This document shows, in pieces, positions 7,175 through 13,508 of a DNA stretch of 22,811 nucleotides (within the stretch, counting starts at the first letter, position 1; every line of letters begins with the position of its first letter). Source of the stretch: Pseudomonadota bacterium (GTDB lineage Bacteria; Pseudomonadota; Alphaproteobacteria; Rs-D84); the NCBI GenBank assembly GCA_009781955.1, contig WQUT01000047.1:1-22811 (forward strand), written 5' to 3'. The translations under genes were made by a program, and so were the position numbers. The notes beneath the pieces are model-generated. The model was not told where the DNA came from, did not search any database, and saw only the letters and a program-made list of their open reading frames with translations.

Positions 7175-9760
7175 TTAAAACCTTTCATGCGTCGCCATGA
7201 ATTCATTCAAAAAATCCGGATCTATTTTGGATGAGATTTCAAACAGCGAATAATCGCGGGATCCGTCGGGGGCGATAGAAAGCCTTATCGGTTCCGGCAT
7301 CGGCGACGTCCCGCGCAGCGTTATGTTCAATTGCGCGGCCAGTTTTCCGCCGGCAATTTTCAGCATGCCGGCTATGTCCGAATGCGCGACGCGCAAAGCG
7401 AACGGCCGGACCGTTTCAAAGTTTCCGGCATCGTATTTTCCTATTATATGCATGGACTTGATTTGCGTCCGCCCGCCGGTCAGCATGGTCGCCACCGCGT
7501 CGCCCATCGTCGCCCGCGTTACAGAGTCCGCGCCCGCATAGAATTGATCAATCCCCAGGCCGGACAATATCCCGCCGTCAAACGCCAGGTCCAGGCCGCC
7601 CGACATATTCGCCCAGAAATCATGCGCGGTGACGCCGGATGTTTCCAATTCCGCCTGGGCGGTGATCATGGTGTCGCCAAGGTTCAGCCCGGCGTTGTTT
7701 TGCAAAATATTTCCGGCGATGCCGAACCTGTTGGCCTGCAACAACGCACTATAACGGGATCCGCGCTTGTCCAGCGCGAACAGAATGCTGCCCCGCGCCT
7801 TGTCCGTTATGGACATTTGCTGGGAATTATCTTTGATGGCATATACAAAGTTCGCGTATTCTTCCCCGTTATACCTTAACCTGTTGGCGGAAAGGGTCGC
7901 CGATATTCCCAACGCGAACGGAACGGTCAGCGGCTCTGCCGTGACGAACTGTTCGGAATCATAATTCTGGACATAAGACGCGTTTATAAACGAATCTATG
8001 TCCAGGACATCGGCGCGCAGGTCAAACGCGCGCCCGTCGTATTTGCCGGAAATCGCCGCGCGGCCGTCGTCAAAGAATGTTATGTTCAGGCCGGACGCGT
8101 ATGGCGGGCGATAAACGCCCGAAACCGCCATCGGTATATTGTTTTTCAGGAATTTTGTGTCCAGGCCGGGATAATACGCCCGCAAGAAATCAATCAGGTT
8201 CGCAGTCATCCGGAACGCCCCGTCGCGCGCGACGCCGATTGACCATGCGTCGCGCCCGTTGCGGAGAAAGCCGAACGCCACCAGCGCGCCGTTTTTGATT
8301 TCGGCCGACTGAATCGCGCCGACGGCCGTTCGCATTGACGCCGGCAGAACGTCAAAGATTGGATGTTTCGCGGGCATTGCGTCCAGAAAAGTATTCTTTT
8401 TGGAAAACGATATCGTGTAATCATCGCCGCTGATTTCCGCAACGCCCGTCGTGTCGGGAAAAGCGAATTCAATATATCCGATGCGGTCGCCGAAATAATC
8501 GCGCAAGGCCTTTAATTGCGCAAGCGCCGGCTCTGGATTGCCCGACCGGATGCGCAGCGCATATTCCAGCGGCAGAACGGATAGAGATCCCGCGGCCGCG
8601 AATTCGCGCGAGCTGAAAGTAAAATTATTGCATGCCCAGTTGGTCGCGTCGCCCTCAAACTCGCAATAAATATCGGCGCCGTCTTTTAATATCCTGGCCG
8701 AGAGTCGCGTGCCGCGCCCCGTTATTTCCCCGGATACCAGCGCGGAAATGCCGCCGCCCATGACGTTGAGGCCGTCTATCAGGACCCTGTCCGCCGCGCC
8801 CGTGGATTTCAGGCGGAATTTATTAAATGTTCTGTCCATGAAAGAGAGCCGCCCCGACAAATCCAAATCCAAGTCGGAATTCCTTAAAACCCCCGCGTTC
8901 TGCAACAGGAACGTCATATCGTAATTCAGATTGTCTGCGCGCAGCCGCACGGATCGCCGCGCGCCGGATAATTTTATCTCGCCGGAAAAGGCCGCGCCCC
9001 CGGTCGTTCCCGATATATCGTAAAATCTGAAATCGTCCCCGCCGTTCCATTCGTATTTCATGCTGACCGCGACCGATGAATTCAGCGCCGGCACGTCAAA
9101 TGCGAACCATCTGTTGATTTTGTCCGTTTCTATGGCCAGTGTGCCGGCGGCGGATACATTGCCGGCGCTGTCGGTGGCCAATGTTCCGGTAATAGTCAGG
9201 TTGACGTTGGGATTCCGTATTACGAATTCGCGCCCGGCCAAATCAAAGGTATATTTATGCTGGTCGGTGCGGACGGTCCCGGAAAACAGCCCGTCTTTCA
9301 GACGGCCGTTTATGTCGCCGTATGTCTTGCCCATGAAATGAATCGCGGAGTTTTCAATTATCAGCTGGCTGTTCAATGCCGGCGGCGAGAGGCTGGCGAT
9401 ATCCAAATCCGCGCCGTATATCGATATAGAGGCGGGAATCGGCGCCGTTGAAAGCGAAAATATTTTTGCGATGGGAACGCGAAAGCTGACGGTGTCTATG
9501 TGATTGGCCCCCGCATATTCCGCAACCGTAATGTCATGCGCGGATATTGTCGCCCGCCCCAACAGGGATATCCGGACGCGTCCGTTGATTTTTATATGCA
9601 TGCCGGTCTGGTTCAGGACGGACGTTTCCAGTCCGGGTTTCAGCCGGTCCAGATTTATCATCGGCGGGATTATTATGACAGAGAGCAGCGCCGCGGCCGC
9701 GGCCGCCGCCGTCCACCAGAAAAAACGCGCCAATTTCAAATGCGTGCGAAGTCTTGCCAT
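7175..9760 (-). CDS. AsmA-family outer-membrane biogenesis/lipid-transport protein
   Basis: 861 aa with an N-terminal membrane anchor (FFWWTAAAAAAALLSVIIIPP). This is followed by an AsmA-type N-domain (INLDRLKPGLETSVLNQTGMHIKINGRVRISLLGRATISAHDITV) and a long beta-rich repetitive body. Confidence 0.7.
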   Translation of the reverse strand: MARLRTHLKLARFFWWTAAAAAAALLSVIIIPPMINLDRLKPGLETSVLNQTGMHIKINGRVRISLLGRATISAHDITVAEYAGANHIDTVSFRVPIAKIFSLSTAPIPASISIYGADLDIASLSPPALNSQLIIENSAIHFMGKTYGDINGRLKDGLFSGTVRTDQHKYTFDLAGREFVIRNPNVNLTITGTLATDSAGNVSAAGTLAIETDKINRWFAFDVPALNSSVAVSMKYEWNGGDDFRFYDISGTTGGAAFSGEIKLSGARRSVRLRADNLNYDMTFLLQNAGVLRNSDLDLDLSGRLSFMDRTFNKFRLKSTGAADRVLIDGLNVMGGGISALVSGEITGRGTRLSARILKDGADIYCEFEGDATNWACNNFTFSSREFAAAGSLSVLPLEYALRIRSGNPEPALAQLKALRDYFGDRIGYIEFAFPDTTGVAEISGDDYTISFSKKNTFLDAMPAKHPIFDVLPASMRTAVGAIQSAEIKNGALVAFGFLRNGRDAWSIGVARDGAFRMTANLIDFLRAYYPGLDTKFLKNNIPMAVSGVYRPPYASGLNITFFDDGRAAISGKYDGRAFDLRADVLDIDSFINASYVQNYDSEQFVTAEPLTVPFALGISATLSANRLRYNGEEYANFVYAIKDNSQQMSITDKARGSILFALDKRGSRYSALLQANRFGIAGNILQNNAGLNLGDTMITAQAELETSGVTAHDFWANMSGGLDLAFDGGILSGLGIDQFYAGADSVTRATMGDAVATMLTGGRTQIKSMHIIGKYDAGNFETVRPFALRVAHSDIAGMLKIAGGKLAAQLNITLRGTSPMPEPIRLSIAPDGSRDYSLFEISSKIDPDFLNEFMATHERF

Positions 9761-9819
9761 TCCCCGTTCCCCTTGTATTTTGATTATAATGTTCTATACT
9801 GAGGCAGTAAAGTGAAAAT

Positions 9820-9847
9820 GTAGGGGCAAATAATTATTTGCCCCTAC
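9820..9847. repeat. 28-bp perfect palindrome GTAGGGGCAAATAA|TTATTTGCCCCTAC (core-less form of the 67-bp element)
   Basis: An exact palindrome equal to the two terminal arms of the elements at 850 and 2988. It lies 12 nt upstream of the uvrB ATG. Confidence 0.9.
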
Positions 9848-9859
9848 AAGTTGGTTAAA

Positions 9860-11974
9860 ATGAATAAGAAAATTTTTGATCTTAAAAGCGACTATAAACC
9901 CACCGGCGACCAGCCGCGGGCTATACGCGAACTTGTGGGCGGCCTCCGCGCGGGCGAACGGTCCCAGGTTCTGCTGGGCGTCACCGGTTCGGGCAAGACG
10001 TTCACAATGGCGAACGTAATCGCCGAAATGGGCCGGCCCGCCCTAATTATGGCCCCGAACAAGATTCTGGCGGCGCAGCTTTATACCGAGATGAAGGGAT
10101 TCTTTCCGAACAACCATGTGGAATACTTTGTTTCTTACTATGATTATTACCAGCCCGAGGCCTATGTTCCCACAACCGACACCTATATAGACAAAGATGC
10201 GTCAATCAACGACCAGCTGGACCGCATGCGGCATTCCGCCACGCGCGCCATGCTGGAAGAACGCGACGTGGTCGTCGTCTCGTCCGTATCCAGCATTTAC
10301 GGATTGGGCTCGCCGGAAACATACTCGGAAATGAAGGCGACATTCGCGCCGGGCGATCGGGTCGGCATGCGCGATGTAATGCGCGGGCTGGTTGATTTGC
10401 AATACAAACGCAACGATATAGGATTCAATCGCGGCGAATTCCGCGTCCGCGGCGACAGTCTGGATATTTTCCCCAGCCACAGCCAAGACCGCGGCTGGAA
10501 AATGTCGTTCTTTGGCGACGAGGTTGAAGAGATTTGGGAATTTGATATTTTAACCGGGCAAAAAATACGGCGGCTTGAACGCGCGGTGGTGTATCCGAAT
10601 ACACATTACGCCACGCCGATGCCCAGCATTTTGCAGGCCTTGAATGAAATCCGCAGCGATCTGGGGCCGCGTCTGGAATATTTTCACGATAATATGAAGT
10701 ATATAGAAGAGCAGCGTCTGCGCGAGCGGACAAATTTTGACATAGAGATGATGGAGGCGACGGGCACATGCCGCGGGATAGAGAATTATTCGCGTTATCT
10801 GTCCGGGCGCCGTGCGGGCGATCCGCCGCCGACACTGTTTGAATATCTGCCCAAAGACGCTATTTTATTTGTGGACGAGTCGCACGTGTCGGTGCCGCAG
10901 ATTGGCGGAATGGCGCGCGGCGACCGCGTGCGCAAGGAAACGCTGGCCCAATACGGATTCCGTTTGCCCAGCGCGATAGACAACCGCCCGCTGACATTTG
11001 ACGAATGGGACAGATTCCGCCCGCAAACAATATTCGTGTCCGCTACGCCGGCGGATTGGGAATTGGAACAATCGCGCGGCATAGTCGCGGAACAGGTGAT
11101 ACGCCCGACCGGCCTCTTGGATCCGGTTTGCGAAGTGCGCCCGACAAAGAATCAGGTGGATGATTTGCTGGGAGAAATGATCCCCCTCCTGCGGAGGGGT
11201 GCCGCGCCTGTATTGCGCGGCGGGGAGGGTTTTGGATCACGCGAACCCTCCCAGTCAATTTTGCCCGCAAACAAGCGCGGCAAAATTGCCACCCCTCCAA
11301 AGGAGGGGAATCCAGGTCGCGTCCTTATCACCACTCTCACCAAAAAAATGGCAGAGCAATTGACGGACTATCTGACCGAAAACGGCGTCCGCGCGCGGTA
11401 TCTGCACAGCGATATTGAAACATTGGAGCGCATAGAATTGCTGCGAGAGCTGCGCATGGGAAAATTTGACGTCCTGGTCGGAATCAATCTGTTGCGCGAA
11501 GGGCTGGACATACCGGAATGCGAATTGGTCGCGATTATGGATGCGGACAAAGAGGGATTTCTGCGCAGCGCGCGTTCGCTGATCCAGACAATCGGCCGCG
11601 CCGCGCGGAATATAAACGGCCGCGTGATATTGTATGCGGATAAAATTACGGATTCCATGCGCGTGGCGTTGGATGAAACCGCGCGGCGCCGCGAAAAGCA
11701 AATGAAGTATAACGCCGAGCATAAAATCACGCCGCGCGGAATCGTGAAAACCATATTTGAAGAGGTGAAAGACCGCGGGGAAAGAACCGATAAAAAGCGT
11801 CAATTCGTTTATTCCAAGACCGGCGTTATGGATGCGGAATCTTTGAAAAAAGAAATAGCGAAACTGACGAAAGAAATGCGCCGCGCGGCCGAAGACCTGG
11901 AATTTGAACGCGCGGCAGGGCTCCGCGATACGGTGCATAAATTGGAAGACGATTTGTTATTGCTGGGGGGCTAA
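9860..11974 (+). CDS. uvrB: Excinuclease ABC subunit B, with an in-frame hairpin-array insertion
   Basis: [10 protein letters not shown], Walker [29 protein letters not shown], the helicase motifs, and the C-terminal [14 protein letters not shown] domain. I prefer ATG 9860 (MNKKIFDL) to the listed TTG 9851. Confidence 0.95.
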   Translation: MNKKIFDLKSDYKPTGDQPRAIRELVGGLRAGERSQVLLGVTGSGKTFTMANVIAEMGRPALIMAPNKILAAQLYTEMKGFFPNNHVEYFVSYYDYYQPEAYVPTTDTYIDKDASINDQLDRMRHSATRAMLEERDVVVVSSVSSIYGLGSPETYSEMKATFAPGDRVGMRDVMRGLVDLQYKRNDIGFNRGEFRVRGDSLDIFPSHSQDRGWKMSFFGDEVEEIWEFDILTGQKIRRLERAVVYPNTHYATPMPSILQALNEIRSDLGPRLEYFHDNMKYIEEQRLRERTNFDIEMMEATGTCRGIENYSRYLSGRRAGDPPPTLFEYLPKDAILFVDESHVSVPQIGGMARGDRVRKETLAQYGFRLPSAIDNRPLTFDEWDRFRPQTIFVSATPADWELEQSRGIVAEQVIRPTGLLDPVCEVRPTKNQVDDLLGEMIPLLRRGAAPVLRGGEGFGSREPSQSILPANKRGKIATPPKEGNPGRVLITTLTKKMAEQLTDYLTENGVRARYLHSDIETLERIELLRELRMGKFDVLVGINLLREGLDIPECELVAIMDADKEGFLRSARSLIQTIGRAARNINGRVILYADKITDSMRVALDETARRREKQMKYNAEHKITPRGIVKTIFEEVKDRGERTDKKRQFVYSKTGVMDAESLKKEIAKLTKEMRRAAEDLEFERAAGLRDTVHKLEDDLLLLGG
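11182..11308. repeat. About 127-bp array of five consecutive hairpins inserted in-frame in uvrB
   Basis: H1 CCCCTCC-tgc-GGAGGGG (11183..11199). H2 GCCGCGC-ctgtatt-GCGCGGC (11201..11221). H3 GGGAGGGTT-n12-AACCCTCCC (11223..11252). H4 AATTTTGCC..GGCAAAATT (11257..11287). H5 CCCCTCC-aaa-GGAGGGG (11292..11308). It is translated as ...[46 protein letters not shown]... Confidence 0.85.
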
Positions 11975-11990
11975 AACCATGCGTGGGGTT

Positions 11991-12467
11991 TTACTTTTTG
12001 CGATTTAAATCCCTTAATTGGCCCAGTAAATGTATAATTTCCACGCTGGTGAGTTCTGTTGGTTTGCCTTTGTCCCATGAATAAGTTCCATTGCTGGCAG
12101 TAATTTTTACATCCGGATCTTCTATAATTTCGCGGATTTTTTCGGTTTCAGTTCCAGTTTCTAAAAATCCTTTGTTGATTCTGTCGGATCGCCCAAACCA
12201 TTTTGCATCGCCGTTTTCTTCCTGGTCGCGCAATTGCTTGCTGCGTTTCAGATTCATCATGGCATCCCAAAATTTCCCGCCGCTGCTTTGTTTCGCCCGC
12301 CAGCTTTCCGTTATTTTTTGAGATAAGTTTTTGTATTTGCCCAGGGCGAAAAGAACCTCTGCCAAATCTGCGATGACGATGCGCATATCGCTGTTTTCCT
12401 GACGTAGCCGTTTTATTTCTTGTTCTGCTTGCGCGGCTTTTTGCGCGGAAGTTTCTTTTGCTGGCAT
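11991..12467 (-). CDS. Hypothetical protein (N-terminal coiled-coil-like segment), AT-rich
   Basis: 158-aa ORF with AAGGA 8 nt upstream of the ATG. No motif recognised. It is preceded by the structured leader at 12488..12745. Confidence 0.6.
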   Translation of the reverse strand: MPAKETSAQKAAQAEQEIKRLRQENSDMRIVIADLAEVLFALGKYKNLSQKITESWRAKQSSGGKFWDAMMNLKRSKQLRDQEENGDAKWFGRSDRINKGFLETGTETEKIREIIEDPDVKITASNGTYSWDKGKPTELTSVEIIHLLGQLRDLNRKK

Positions 12468-12487
12468 GATTCATTCCTTTGTTTTAA

Positions 12488-12745
12488 TACAAAAACCGCC
12501 AAAGAATTGGCGGTCGGGGAGTTCAAAAAATCATAGTAAAGAATGACCCCGCCAGTTTTTGTCCGCTTTCGCTTTCGCTGCAGCGCGACTGTTTTATAAC
12601 CGACGGCTCCCCGACCTTGTGGCGGGGCGTGCCGATAAAACAAAAGGCGCGTGCCGCGCCACAAGTTTATCGGGCGGATACGGCGCTTTTTATTGCGTCG
12701 CTTTACTATGGGCTTTTTGAAGGCCCCGAACCCAAATCCCTTTGG
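12488..12745 (-). ncRNA. Candidate structured RNA: riboswitch/attenuator-type leader or independent sRNA of unknown class
   Basis: Bounded by an extended -10 promoter and the terminator above. A 22-bp interrupted closing helix pairs 12701..12727 with 12516..12540. Two helices cross in pseudoknot topology: 12616..12624 with 12657..12665 (9 bp) and 12632..12639 with 12666..12673 (8 bp). Several pairings that involve the terminator arm are mutually exclusive. Confidence 0.45.
12489..12513 (-). terminator. Intrinsic terminator on the minus strand, about 20 nt upstream of the start of the 158-aa gene
   Basis: Minus-strand RNA reads CCGCCAA-uucu-UUGGCGG followed by UUUUUG (plus strand 12496..12513, with the A-run at 12491..12495). 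Confidence 0.75.
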
Positions 12746-12755
12746 ATTCCTACAA

Positions 12756-12805
12756 ATTATACCAATTTTTTTAAGATTTGCAAAACAATTTATTTTGGAT
12801 AGAAT
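12756..12805. promoter_or_regulatory. Back-to-back divergent promoters sharing one palindromic -35 hexamer (TTGCAA, 12778..12783)
   Basis: Minus strand: TTGCAA, 16 nt, then TGgTATAAT (hexamer 12761..12756, TG at 12764..12763). Plus strand: the same TTGCAA, 16 nt, then TAGAAT (12800..12805), leading to tsaE. Confidence 0.5.
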
Positions 12806-12814
12806 CCAAATATA

Positions 12815-13405
12815 ATGGATGTTCGGATGCAAGAAATTAAATTAAAAAATGTTGGCGAAACGCGGGCCTGGGCGGCGGAATTCGCAAAGACCCTGTGTGC
12901 GCCGTGCGTTGTTGCCCTGCACGGCGATCTGGGAATGGGCAAGTCAGAAATCGCGCGCAGCATTATTCAAACTCTCTGCGGCGCGGACACGGTGGTTCCC
13001 AGCCCGACGTTCACGCTGGTGCAGAGTTATGAATGCTCCGTCGCATGCCCCCCCTCTTGGGGGGGGCTGTCGCGCCGTAGCGATAGCGAAGGCAGACTGG
13101 GGGGGGCTACTTCCGAAAAAAATAGTAATAAAAAGTCATTAAATGAAGAAGTCCCCCCTCGTCGCCCTTTGGGCGACACTCCCCCCCACCGGGGCCCCCG
13201 CGCGACAGAGCGGATTTCCCATTTTGACCTATACCGCATTACTGATGCGTCGGAATTGGAAGAAATAGGCCTGGGCCATGCATGTGCGAATGATATTACC
13301 CTGATAGAATGGCCGGAAATCGCCGCCGGTTTTCTGCCCGCCAATACTATTCATATTTATTTGGAAGAATATGAAGGTGGCAGAAAATTGGAAATGACAG
13401 AATGA
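12815..13405 (+). CDS. tsaE: tRNA t6A37 threonylcarbamoyl-transfer protein TsaE (YjeE-type P-loop ATPase) with an in-frame insertion
   Basis: LHGDLGMGKSEIAR (Walker A), SPTFTLVQSYE, HFDLYRI and LIEWPE are the TsaE hallmarks. The 196 aa exceed the usual length of about 150-160 aa because of the insert at 13047..13208. The start could also be ATG 12827. Confidence 0.85.
   Translation: MDVRMQEIKLKNVGETRAWAAEFAKTLCAPCVVALHGDLGMGKSEIARSIIQTLCGADTVVPSPTFTLVQSYECSVACPPSWGGLSRRSDSEGRLGGATSEKNSNKKSLNEEVPPRRPLGDTPPHRGPRATERISHFDLYRITDASELEEIGLGHACANDITLIEWPEIAAGFLPANTIHIYLEEYEGGRKLEMTE
13047..13208. repeat. About 160-bp G-run/C-run nested-hairpin element inserted in-frame in tsaE
   Basis: GCCCCCCC-tctt-GGGGGGGC (13047..13067). 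Outer inverted repeat CTGTCGCGC (13067..13075) with GCGCGACAG (13200..13208). GGGGGG-ct-ACTTC with GAAGT-CCCCCC around an A-rich centre. GTCGCCC-ttt-GGGCGAC (13161..13177). Confidence 0.85.
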
Positions 13406-13508
13406 CAAAGTGACAGAGTGACAGAGTTATTGCAACCGCGCACAAAGTGCGCGGTTATTATTTGTTGCGGCTTTGCCGCAACACCACAACTCTGTCACTT
13501 TGTCACTC
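13392..13508. repeat. TGACA-octamer periodic inverted repeat enclosing two terminator hairpins (convergent tsaE / ftsA-rpe ends)
   Basis: Four TGACA at 8-nt period (13395, 13403, 13411, 13419) face two TGTCA (13493, 13501). Inner hairpins are AACCGCGCAC-aaa-GTGCGCGGTT (13434..13456) and GTTGCGGC-ttt-GCCGCAAC (13464..13482). Confidence 0.85.

Noticed and set aside
9761-9859. An SOS/LexA operator upstream of uvrB; also a sigma70 promoter (TATAAT at 9785..9790).
   Set aside because: I found no CTGT-N8-ACAG or GTTC-N7-GTTC type box; GTTC at 9791 lacks a second half-site. The only palindrome there is a copy of a dispersed repeat. The TATAAT lacks a -35 at proper spacing, so I did not list it as a feature.
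11182-11308. The uvrB and tsaE insertions considered as inteins, introns or sequencing artefacts.
   Set aside because: They are far too short for an intein and have no Cys/Ser...HN splice motifs. They have no group I or group II intron core. The frame is preserved and the flanking motifs are intact. Artefact cannot be excluded without reads, but three independent in-frame cases argue against it.
12488-12745. Whether the structured RNA candidate is a known housekeeping RNA (6S, tmRNA including the two-piece form, SRP/4.5S, RNase P).
   Set aside because: There is no tRNA-like acceptor or T-arm, and no tag reading frame ending in ..AA-stop (ruling out tmRNA). The SRP GGAA/AGCA symmetric-loop motif is absent. 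The RNase P GGAAAGUCCGG-type core is absent, and the region is too short for it. Only short chance-level similarities to E. coli 6S (UGUGGCGC, UAAAAC) were seen. A covariance-model scan is still needed.
12413-12832. ORFs 12413..12832(-), 12148..12474(-) and 12617..12802(+), which cover the structured intergenic region.
   Set aside because: Their translations are basic and low in complexity. They overlap promoter, terminator and long helices, and no RBS is present. The RNA-structure explanation is better supported.
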